From the NCBI RefSeq assembly GCF_001194135.2, contig NC_068995.1, positions 36,511,496 to 36,574,545 on the forward strand: DNA of 63,050 nt, read 5' to 3'. The notes beneath the pieces were generated by a model. That model made no database searches. It was not told where the DNA came from and saw nothing but the letters and a program-made list of their open reading frames with translations. The stretch is from Octopus bimaculoides (lineage: Eukaryota). This document shows, piece by piece, positions 38,000 through 50,900 of the stretch. Every line of letters starts with the position of its first letter. Positions within the stretch are counted from its first letter, which is position 1. The translations under genes were made by a program, and so were the position numbers.

Positions 38000-38894
38000 A
38001 AGGTGGCTATTCGCAATTTAGAACAGATAGTCAAGAAGTACAGTTATCACTAAAGTCATCACTTGCATGACTAAGAGTTGTTTTGACTCCTATTTCTAGC
38101 AATGCTGGTGCTAGTAACCCTCGGTGACAGTAATGGGTCACCGATGAAGATTGATTAAATCTGAAATCAGCACAGATATGACTATTTCGCATGCCATAGG
38201 GAGGGAACCCGTCTCCCTCGTCAGCCATTAGAAAAGTGTTCTCACATGGTTAAGACTTGTTTTAACTCTTATTTCTAGCAATGCTGGTGCTTACTAGCAC
38301 CCTCCGTCACTTTAGTGATGACTATATATATATAAACAAATGTACCAGCTCAATTATGCTTGGAGAATATTCAAACCTGTACCCATGTGTTTGTGTTTTT
38401 GTATTCATATATATTTGTATATGGTAATGTATACATGCATATGCATGTATATATGAGTTTTTATGATTCTTTATATAGTTTTTTATATACTTTTTGTATG
38501 TTTTTTTTATATGCCTTATATTTTTATTTTATATTTGTATTTGAATTTTGCAAAATTCATGAATTGAATTTTGTAAATCTCTGAAGAGGCCTAGTGAATC
38601 GTGCATGTACCCCCATTACATCATTTTCATCTACTAATTACTCCAGCGTACAGGAGCTATATAGATAGAATGGGGAATGCCAACGCTAGGCCGAAACAGC
38701 TGTGAGATTTTGTCCTTTCTCCAATTGCTAGATGTCCTTTAAATCTGAAATCTTAATTGTTGATATGATATGGTATGGTATGTCAAAAGTGTCTGTATAT
38801 TGTAATTTTGGTTATGAAATAAACAGATTAATCAACAGAATACAGTGTCTGCAAGTTGATGAGTACCTCATATTCCTCTCCATTTTCTTATTGC

Positions 38895-38936
<42 letters not shown>

Positions 38937-41900
38937 CTAAGATTTGATTTAGTCATTAAATGGCGACTAACAAAACCAGTTGAAATAAATACCTGGTAGG
39001 ACAAGCAGTTTCAAAATACATTGTAAAACTATTGAAAATTTAATCAAATTTTGAAAAAGAAAAAAAAACAGTAAAAAATCTCTCTCATACTTTAAAAACT
39101 TGTCTTTTAAATAAGTTATACATGTGAATATCAATTTTAAATAGTAATTCCAGGACAGAAATGCATGTGGCAGTAGCTAGATCACAATGCTATTGAATTA
39201 TGAATTAGATTGAAAATAAGCAATATAAATAAATATTTGCGCACAGATGCGTCTAAATTGATCCAAGTTTAGTTTACTTTTGCATTTCTTGAATTTTGTA
39301 CGTGTTTGTCATACAAATATTGAATGAAAAGTAGGTACTGTTTTATTTTTCCCCACAGAATTATCGATTACAGCTGTTACTTTAATGATGCAGTCATTTT
39401 ACTCAGTAATTCATCATCCACTTTAAGGAAATGGGACAAATAGTAGGTAATAAAGAAGATATTTGTTTGATAATGGTTTAGAACTGGTTTTTATCCATTT
39501 TATGCCTATGGACCCCTTTGAGTTCTATTGTACTCTACTGCACCACCATAGCCATTTGATGAATATAAAAAAAATATCCTACTGTATTTTTAGAATTAAA
39601 TATCATAAGGAATTATTTAAAAAACACAAAATATTTTGTGCATTGTAGAAATATAAGCAATTTATTGCACAAATTTTAACAACAAAATCTTATATGGATC
39701 CCCAAGGATAGAACCACTGGTTAATATGTAAGGTCACTGGTTTAGTCTGTCATTGTGAAATGTATCTAGGTCAGAACCCACTCATCTGTAAGCTACACTC
39801 AAAGACTTGAACTCAGCAGGTGAGCTAACAAAACATTGTCTTTTTTTTTTTCATATGGTGTTTCTCCTCTATCCAGCTGTTAGTTCTTATGCTGTGGTAT
39901 ACCATCATGATCCTCACTGTTTCAATGATGACCACTTTTTCATAATTGTTTGGGTCAGACGGAAATTACTGAAACAAATTTCTTATACAGCCAAATACCC
40001 TTTCAATCGCAAATCCTTATTTGTTTCTAAGCAAGATAATATTTCTTCTTGGTTGGATATGTTTTCAGAGAAGACTGGAAATGAATGATACAGCTTGTAT
40101 AATAGTGATACAGCTGTCACAAGATGTCAGCACACATGTTTATATGTGTGTGCTTGCGTGCGTGTGTGTGTAAGACAAGTTTCTTTCAGCTTCTGTCAAC
40201 TAAATTCACCCACAAAGCTTTGGTTAGCCCAGAGTTATGATAGAAGACACTTGCTTAAAGTGTCCTGCAATGGGACTGAACTCAAAACCATGTGGCTGGG
40301 AAGCAAACTTCTTAACCACAAAAATGCAAATAGGCACAGGTGTATCAAGGTGCACTGGTCCATTTGAGAGTGTAACAACCATAAACAGAGTGATGCATTA
40401 TCAATTTGACCAATGATGTTGTCAGAGAGAGAGATTATACCCAATGACAAATACAAGTGTTAACTTCTTTATGAATGACATCAATTTAAATTGATACTTA
40501 CAAGGACTGTGAATGTTGATGATGATCATGTAAGGAAAAAGGTCCACTTAAAGCATTTTTATTAAATGTGTTCTAAAAGAAAGAAAAGAAAAATAATCAT
40601 AAACTGGACAAAAAATAATACCTCTTAAATTATTTTGGAAAGAATACTTTTTTCCTCTTGCATCTTTGAAAGAATAATATATCTTCAAATAACAAAACAT
40701 TGCATGGAATCCAGCACCAGAAAAGAGAATGATACTAACTATTCATTAATTTTGAACAATTCACATTATTTAACTTCAATTCATTAAAATCTTAAACTTT
40801 CCAAAGTCATGAAAGAAGGGCGTAAATAGACAAAAAAAATAGTAAATTGAGATTAGATTTTAATTTTAAAACCCAAGTGATTTTAATCAAACAAAGCAAA
40901 CGATAACGGACAGAGTCGAGATCCATTGACAAGGTTGCAAAAACAACAAAAAGTTTGGAAGACAAAAAAATTAGTGGAAATTGAACCAGTGAGTGTGTTA
41001 GATATTAAGGCAATATGACTCTCCCCAGACACAACAAAGTAAATAAATGTTAAATTAAAAAAAAACAAAAACATTAAGTAATGACAATTTAATAATTTAT
41101 CCACATGTGAAATAACAATTAAAACAAGTTGTGCCAACTGAAGTACACAAGTAAATGTATTTGAAACAGTTTTTTAGTCAGCCTTAGAAGAAGGTGGACT
41201 ATAAATTCTGAAACTTTATTTCTAATTCCTTCTGTTCTGAGTTACAATGAAAGTACCATAGGTTTGTTAAAAATCAAAAGTTCTTAACACTGTACCATCA
41301 TATAAAATACCAGAACAGTTCCTGATAGCAACTGTGCTTGTTTGGAGTTCTACATTTAATTTCGGTGGGGTTTCAGAAAACCTTACATTCTTTAGTCAAC
41401 AGCACTGATTAAAAGAATGTACCACAATATAAAGTAGCTTTATATCTCTATATGTAAAATGAAAATTATTCACGATTATATAAAAAGTCAGTTTTGTATA
41501 ACTTTCCTAATTAAGAGACATGCATAAACTCTAAAACACAAGCAGTATTCAATACGATATAAAAACGTATACAATATAATTTTCACAAATGCCTTTTATG
41601 TTCTATTTCATTTAAATATTCAAATCTTAAGAACCAAATAAATATCCCTTCTTTCAAAAAGTTTATTTTTTAAAGCTAATGAGGTATAATAAAAAATTAT
41701 CCCTCATCATCAAGATCTCCAAACAATACGCTTAAGATTTACATTTTTACCTACACATTGACACTGACATTTTATAGAACACACGATGGTTATTTAAATA
41801 AACAACAATTTTTTTTTGGTTTCATTTCATTTGAAACAGGAAATGAAACTGAATATAGCAAAAACGAATTACTTGAAATATAAGGTCAATTAACAATGGT

Positions 41901-44900
41901 AAACAGTTTCCTAAAAGCAGAAACAGCTCCTTGTATCTTGGGTAACTCGTTTCTTTTTCTTTTTTTTTTTCTTTTTAATGAACAGAGCTCAAATGTTACC
42001 CTACAAGTCAACAATAATAAACACACACGCAAAGACAAAAATTACTAACGAGAAACAAACAGCTGTTTAATTAAAGAGAACTACTGCAAGAGCGTATGTA
42101 CTACAAAAGGGGTCGCTGTGACCACAAGTATTTTGACGCAAGCAGGGAAGGGAGTCAATACACACTTAAGTGGTTAATTGAATTTTAAACAATGACTTCT
42201 TGATTAAGGAACAATTGCAGACATTTTTAAATAACGCATTGTTTTCGCTTGCTGAACTATGTAGGCGTGTGTTTGTACGTGCGTGTACGAATGATAACGG
42301 TTTGATAAGAATAATTGTCACTACCATACACACAAAGTAAGAAATTTGGAGGAGTACAGTCGTTTGTATTGACTCCAGTACTTAACTAGTACTTTATTTT
42401 ATCGACCCCCACAAAAGGTGAAAAGCAAAGTAGGGAACCTCGCTGGGATATAAACTCAAGGAACATAAAAGAAAGAAAGAAAACAAACAACAACAATAAC
42501 GATGAGCAAACAGGATAAAAGTTAACCAGAAATTAAGATGTTCTAGGTTCAGTTTTGCGAAGTTTAAAAGATGTTTGTAATACTAAGAGAAATCATATGA
42601 AGAGCAGCAATACACCCACACAAAAAAAAAAAAAATATGGGTAAATAGATTAATCACGATCGATTGAAAGGAAAACGAGGCATATTTAAATTTAGAAGAA
42701 AAAAATATATATAATAGATAATAAAACAGGCTGTGAAACATGAATACTGCTGAAAGACGTATCCTTTTAATGACACATTTCAGAAATGTAGGGCATGTTA
42801 AGAAGAAAACAGCTTATAGCTGTTAATATATGTTAACATAGCATTTATATTTTTCTTCAAGCAAAATTATGTTATAAGAAGTTATAAAGTTAAAGAAAAA
42901 AAAAATCAAAGGAAATAAATAAATTAACTGCAAACTAATTCGCAAACCAAGTGCAGCTATGAGACTAAAAGTTAATTAAAATAGACTATCTTTAGACTAA
43001 TATACACAGCAATCAAAAGACAGGGAATATTTAACGAAATTTGGACGAACTAGCTAACATACAAAGTAAATAATTAAATAAAGGTAACAGGAAGAAAAAA
43101 TAATAATAAAAGACAAAATACCGAAAGAAAAATATTTGAAATCAACAAAATACCAGTGTGCAATTATTAAATCCAATAATAAATCTAAGATTTGTAAGTT
43201 CCTACCAGCAAAAACAATCGTGGCACATGGTTTCCATGTATTAGAATCTATTTAGAAAGAAACAAAAGCATAGAAGAAGAAAAAACATTCAACGAAGGAT
43301 CAGTAACCGCATAACTAAACTAAAACACTCCTTTTAAAAGTTTCTCAAATAGAAAAACTGTGGATGAAGTGGCAGTAGAGTGAGAGGGAGGGAGGGAGAA
43401 TTAGTGCACGTATGAGAGAAAGAGTGTGTGAGAGAGAGAGTGTATGTGAGACGGAGTGTGTATGAGAGAGAGTGTATAAGAGGATGTGTGTTTGAGGAAG
43501 AAAGAGAGTGCGTGTATGAGAGACTGTGTGTGTGTGTGAGAGAGACAGAGAGAGAGATCGTAATTGTGTTTTCAAAATGCCAGGTAATAACAATAAACTC
43601 AGGAAAAAGACACGGAGCTGCAGAAATACAGTTGACAAGTCAGATAGGGACACGTTTCTCAGTAATGTGGGGCAAAAGGAATGTTTATTCAAAACAGGAA
43701 ATAATAAATCAATGGCTGAATTTCTGAACAGATTGGAATTTAAATAATAACAATCGTTTCTAAGTATAGGTACAAGATCAGAAAACTGTGAGAAAGGGAT
43801 TAGGGTTAATCGATAAAATCTACCTTGGTACTTTATTTATTTATCAACCTCAAAAGGATGAAAGGCAAAGTTGATTTCGGCGAGACTTGAACTTAGAACG
43901 TAAAGGGATCTTAATTAAATACTTGGCGGTGTTTTTTGACCGACATTTAGTGATTCCACGAAACCACAACCCCTTTTTAAACAGAGGCATAAAACCAAAA
44001 ATTTTTGGGGGAAGAGGAGCAGTAAATTAAATCGGCCCCGATATTTTATCGATATCTGAAAAGATGAAAAGCAAGGTTGACCCGGAAATATTTGAACTCA
44101 GAATACAGAGCCAAACAAATACCGTGATATTACCAGTTCAAAGATACCTGGGGCATATTCGAACCCGTAAAACAACCATTCACTGTTTTGTGATGGAGAA
44201 AACACAGTGAATTGCTTTCTTACGGGTTCGACTATGCTCCAAATATATTTGAAGTGGTAATAACCTTGTTTTTATACACATCACGGCTTAGTGCTACCTC
44301 CCAGTGGATACTATAAGTTGTTTAGCATAGGCACAAGGCCCAAATTTTATTTTAAGAATGAGATGAGACTGAGAAGTTAGTCAGTGAAATCAAACTTTGA
44401 GTAGTGTATGCCTGGTATTCATTCTATTTTATCGTCGATCCAGAATGGATAATGAAAGAAATGTTGATCTTGGCGTAACTTGAACTCAGAACGTAAAAAG
44501 TCGGTATTTCGTCCGACGCTCAAATGATTCAACCAATCCACATGATGAATTATTAAAAAATCAAGCTCACGCCATTGATAATGGAGTTCAGATAATGACC
44601 AATAACAGCCAACATTCTTAACCTGCCCCTCACACAAACTATGCCTAATCTATTGAAATGAGGAAATTGTTTTTTTAAGTATGTAATATATACATGCACA
44701 GTCACGCACGCACGCGCATACATAGTTGTGGCCGTCGAAAATATTTACGTCGTGTATTTTCCAGTTCTGATAACGAGAGAAAAAATTATCTAACCATGAA
44801 ATGAGAGAGAGTGAGAGGCAGAAGTTGAAACAAGGAAGAGAGAGAAGAAAAGAAAGACACAAAGAAACGAGAGGGATAGGAAAGGATAAGACTATGAGGT

Positions 44901-47900
44901 AAAGAGATAGGCAGGAGAGGCAAAAAGCTATACTAACAACTGACTAGTTAAAAGAATATCCAGATTCTTTGGAAAATGTTAACTGACAAAGAACTCGCTC
45001 AAAAGCTATCTATCATATTGAATATCACTGCATCAACCAGACTTTCGAATGTGGTTATACAGCACTGATCACAATGCATTTCTTCCCATTGTTGTACCTT
45101 TCAAACACCTTCTCACTGGCTAATCAGGAATGGCCAACATCCCCATAGATTACCAATGTACAGCTGAGTCAACTAGAGCAAGGTGAAATGATGTGTTTTG
45201 CTTCAGAATACAATGTACTATCGGTCTGGGAATCTAAACCATGTTCTTGCAATTGGGAGTGCAACACCTTAACCATGAGACCAAACAACTTCACATATTC
45301 CACATAGGCAGACGGTATATATAAGTAGTTAGTGTAAATCCCAGCTGTTTCCTCTAGAAGCACATCTGCTTATTTCATTATCACAATCAATATATATCCA
45401 TAGTTAGTATTGTAAGTTAATCAAAACACACATTGAAATTGAGAAATATGTTTTCTCTGTATGATGATTTTCTTATAGGAAATTCCTTATATGTCGACAT
45501 AACATATAAATCTTAATAATTCCTATTAGAAAATGAAATATGTGTAACGAAAAAAGTTTCCATCTTCCTGTTTTGTTATAATATATGATAGAGAGACAGA
45601 TATCAAGAGACCAAAACTTCTGATTTGCAGTGCTTGAGAAGACATGTCAAGCTAAATAAAATTGTAGCCACCCATACATACAGACATGTTCTTTAAAGTC
45701 ATGCCCCCTCTTAAGACACACATAATTCTGTCCTCTATTCCCCCTCACACCCACACCACTTACTGTGGGGCCCCCATCCACTCTGCCTCATGTGCCTATC
45801 CGCACAATCTCCTTGCCCTCACATACCTACCACACCCCACTCTAAGCCACTTCCAATTCCTCGCACCATCAATTGCTATCTTCACAGCTGCTCCAATTCT
45901 TTTCAACATCACTTGCTGTCTCTAAACATCTCCCCTCAACTCTTATGGAACAAACTCCTTTATCCCTTCTACACTACTTATACTACCACCACCACTGTTC
46001 TTTGTGAGTAGGCCACCTCTCTCTCTCACTGCAACTGTCTGTCTATCTTTCTCGCTTACTCTCTCCCACCTTCCCCTCTTCCTTGTCCTACTGAGGCAGA
46101 CAAGTGTCTCCTTAATAGTAAGATTGGTCTCTGTCCCTCTATCAAACTTTAATTTCTCAGTTCCACTCCCCCTCTCAGCTGAGAGGTCCTAGTCATGCAG
46201 GCTCATGGGTCCTGGTGCCACATATAAAGCACTCATGCTGGTGTCACATAAAAAGCATCCACTGTAAAGTGGTTGGTGTTAGGAAGGGCATCCAGCTGTA
46301 GAACCTGTGCCAGAACAGACAACTGGACCCTGGTGTAGCCCCCCAGCTGGCCACCTCCTGTCAAACCATCCAACCCATGCCAGCATGGAAAACAGGCATT
46401 ATATGATGATGATATACACACAAATGAGGGACCTCTTTCAGTTTCTGCCTACCAAACCTACTTACAAAGCTTTGGTTGTATAGAAGACACTCGCCCAAAG
46501 TGCTTCATAGGGGGGGGGGACTGAACCCAAAACAATATAGTTGGTTCCTGACTATGATATAGCAGGCAGTGAGGAATTTGCAAGAACCGCACAAGACATG
46601 TACAGAGGTGTTGTCATTAAGATGAAAAGGATTGAGTGCAGCAACAATTTTAAAATGCAAGTAGGGGTGGGCCAGGACTCAGTCCTCAGAGTCTTCTAGG
46701 CCGCAACTGAGAAGGATTATCATGGAACTGCTATATAGTGATGATCTCACTCTCGCAGCTGAATTTGTAATAGCGCTAGAAAAGAAATACCAGATCTTGT
46801 GTGTGACAGATGTGCAGGAACAATAAACACTAAATATACATAGGAAGTAGAAACTAGTTGTGGAGCACACTGTTTGGGGGTGATGTAAAAGATACAATTG
46901 CTTGCTGTCTTGGAGTGATTAAAGGAAGAACCATTTAGCCTAATATATCTACTCTGGTCAAGTAGGTTTGATCAAAGCCACTCCAACTGTTTGCATGCCG
47001 ATGACTACATAACCAATAACATATCCTTTTCAAAATAAAGTGTGACTTGAGAGATTTGGTTGTTATATCTAGCAGATCAACAACCCTGTAGAGACTACCA
47101 TGATGAACTGGTAATGTGTAGGTGGAAGAGGAGAAATTTGTGAATTGAAAGCAAAGTGAGCAGTAAATATGATCCAGCAGGGATGCTACTTTGAGAGCAA
47201 TCTTAGTTAAAGGGTGGAAGGATAGCTTCTCTAGCATCAGTAAAAGACCTTGGCAAAAGACCAGAATATTTTGTAGCAATTTGTGAGGTGGAAGAGCTCA
47301 AAAGGTTTATGATACCTAACTGTATCAGATGCTTTAATGATGCTCATCTAGTGGTAGTAAGCAAAAGACCACCACAGTTAGTGTTTATTATTAAAAAAGA
47401 AACAAAGTTTTATTAAAACAAATCAAATCCATTTCAATAACTTCATGTCAGATTTTATCAAAAATGAACAAAAAATAAAAAATAAAAATAAAAAGGGAGA
47501 GAAAAATATCTTCAATATAACTAATACAAACATTCTTTAATGATTGATTGAAAGACGAATTTTCTAATTTAATTAAAGCAACCTATCAATCAAAGTAATT
47601 AAGTTCTAATTGATTTTTCTGCTTTGATTGAAATGGCCATTCAGTTGTTCTTAATTACTTCACTAATGTCTTGTAGTTTGTCAGAAAGTTATGATAACCA
47701 CCCACCTCTATGGAACTATCAGGCTATTTAGGATCATTTAGATATCAATCTAAAATTCACTTAATACTAGTAGAGTTCTTTCACATTCAACTTTTTAGTT
47801 TTATAGGGAACTAGCTTAAAAACTGCACTCCATGCAGACTTTTAAGCTAACCCCTACAGAGGGCTAATTGGGCCTGGATCCAAAGCTACAGAGAGCAATA

Positions 47901-50900
47901 ATTAAGCATTTATTGGTACCCTACCAATATGACATTACTTTAAACTCAGTTTAAATGAAAAACTTGTAAGTTCACAAATTTTTGGAGTTCTTTTAAAATT
48001 TGAATTTTCAACTGTTAGCATAGAACAAATCCTCATCCAGGCCTGATCCCAATGCTGGATGTTCAAGAACCAAACGAAGGGCAGATTTTCAATCCTGGGA
48101 TCATCTCGATTACAAAAAGGTATGATATGTCTATGTAGAGCAAATGTAGACTGAGATACAGGGGCTCCGGACGGACAGGCAGACAGAATTTCACATTTAT
48201 TATTATAGATAGAAGATAAGAGAAAGTAATGATGTGTGTGGATGCCTCTATTAGGAGCATTAATAACTTCAGTGAATAGAAATTAATCAAGAATTGAAAC
48301 TAGGTTGTGAAGTTGGTTTCCTAAAAACTTATTGCTGCTATAACCATTTTTTGGTTCACTTTCAATTTAACTTAACCCTTTGGCATTCAGATTGCTCTGT
48401 CAAATGTAATGCTTATTTATTCACATTGTTTTGAATTAGCCATGCATTACCTCATAGCTTTGAGATTTTGATAATGTGATTGCTTATTTTTACAATAACA
48501 TTATAGGACAGGCTGAATCTAATCAGTTTGAACATAAACATGCAGAATATTTGGGCCAGATATGGTCAGTTTAAATGCTAAAAGGTTAAGGCACATATAT
48601 TTTTTATTAGACATTAAGATGGGTTTTGTAGTGAGAGGGAGCACTACTTGATGGAATCAATTCAGTTTTTTTTTTTTTATTATTCAAAAGTTTGACAGGC
48701 AAAGAACTGAATTCATATAATACATAGATGAGCTTAAATACCATAAAGCAGTTAGTTGGGTACAGCTGTTTCTGCCAACATACTGTCTAAGAAAGAATAA
48801 AAACAGAATGGCTCATATAAAACTACACAATAACTGAAAAAATTAGAGTATACATATGTTGAATCAAATAATTACACTACAGAATTATGGTTCATATTAA
48901 GAGTATACTCTAGAATGGTAGTAAGTCTTGGACTATGTACAGTAAATAGGAACTTCTATTTCTATTGTTTGTTATCAATTCTTGGCTCTGCATGGAAGAA
49001 TGATGACTCAAACCTGTGAATTATCAATATTATAATTACTACATAGACGGTGGTGTCATTTAATTTCAAGATAAGAAACTACTACTGATTAAATGGTAAT
49101 TATTTTCATGTATTTAATCATAATTCAAACAAATAAAAGGAGGATGGTTTTATTCTATTAAATGATATAAGCTGAAGTAAAAATTTTAAAAATAAGAATA
49201 ATTGTGTATAAAGTATTGAGAATAATAGCCAGGTACCTGAGGTTTCTCAAGGTAGAGTCCTTTCTATGAGGCATTGAATCTATAGAAGTCTGAAAATTAC
49301 ATTACTTGGGGAGTTTTCTTTTATTCTTTTGCTTGTTTCAATCATTTGACTAAGGCCATGCTGGAGCACTGCCTTAAAGGGATTTTTTTGTTGTTGTTGA
49401 AGAAATCAACCTCAGGACTTATTCCTTGTAAGCTTAATACTTATTCTATTGGTCTCTTTTGCTGAACTGTTATGTTATGGGTATGTAAACACACCAATGT
49501 CAGTTGCTAAGAGATGGTGGGGGGACAGTCACAAAGACACACACACACACATCTAATTACATATATATACATACATACTATTGTCTGGGGAGAGTCATTC
49601 TCTTTTAGTGCCTTATAATTTAACACACTCACTGGTAAAATTTCTACTTATTTCTTGTTTATTTTTCTAAAATTTTCATTGCGTCTTGCAACCTTTTCAA
49701 TAGTTTTGACTGCATTCTTTTTGTTTGTTTGTACGCATGTGCATACACATGCATGTATGTATGTGTGCATATGCATGTATGTGTGTGCATTTGTATGTAT
49801 GTATTCTGCATATTCATGTGTTTGCATGTCCATGTGTGTGTTTTTATGTATGTGTGTGTGTTTGCGTACCTCTGTCTCCTTGTATGNNNNNNNNNNATGT
49901 GTATATCTGAGTGTGTGTGTGTGTTTTGCAACTATGTACCGTGTTTGTATATATGGATGTGCATCTCCATGTGTGGACGTGTGTCTCCATATGTGTCCTT
50001 GTGTGAAGTAAAGTGTGTGTGTGTGTGTATACATGGTCATGTGTTCCAGTCTTCATTTGTGTATGTGTGCGTATCTGTTCACATAACCTATGTACCTTTC
50101 CGTCTGTATGTTGATCTGTTTACTTTCATATCCATATGCTTACATACATGTGCATATACATATACATACATACACTCACACACATACACACATCTCTACA
50201 TAAGAGCCCGCTAACTATTCTATTCTACCTGTGGAAACTGTGGGTATGATATCTACTGTGTATATTTCCTATTTAGTATTGGGGAAGTTTCATTTATGAG
50301 GACATACTCTTGTATTTGTCTGAATGTTGGGTCCTTTGGGTGCTTGGATGAGATGTGGATGTCAAGTTGACCCAGATTACCTCCATGTTGGTCTTCGGCA
50401 TGTTGGTAGAGTATGGAGGGCTGTTTTTTGCCGTCATATTGTCTCAAAATGTTCATTTAGTCATTCCCCAATGCTCCTAGATGTCTCCCCTATGTATGTC
50501 ATGTTCATATCTTTACAAGCACCTTCTATGCATCTTATGCTGTAAACTACATTTCTAGTTCTATATTTAATGCCAGGGCTACTTCTACATACCATGCAGT
50601 TCTCACTGGTGCATATGGTATTCTTAAAGGGGTACATTCTACATAGTTGTGATCTGACAGAGTTCCCTGGCTTTTCAACAATCTTAATGTTGAGTTTGGT
50701 CTCCTTCAGAGCTTTTCTAAATCTACGGGCTAGTTCTCCATGGGTTGTGGCCTCTACAAACATCACTCCTTGATATTTGTCAGTTTTATACCACGTGCTC
50801 GCCCCGTTTGCTTTGTCACAAGTTCTTTGTATCCTATTCCAGTCTTTGTTTCTATGTCTAGGGCACACATGCATGCATGTGTATGCACTCACACATGTGC

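Noticed and set aside
41180-41225. Possible terminal exon [10 protein letters not shown] on -
   Set aside because: Weak acceptor tract and no supporting signal.
43345-43747. Several ORFs (HTL/ER/CV-rich)
   Set aside because: Translations of dinucleotide repeats.
48755-48785. GAAACAGCTGTA hammerhead half on -
   Set aside because: No CUGANGA core or stem II partner found upstream.
49648-50214. Multiple long C/V/M/Y/H/T-rich ORFs
   Set aside because: Mixed (TG)/(TA) microsatellite translations.
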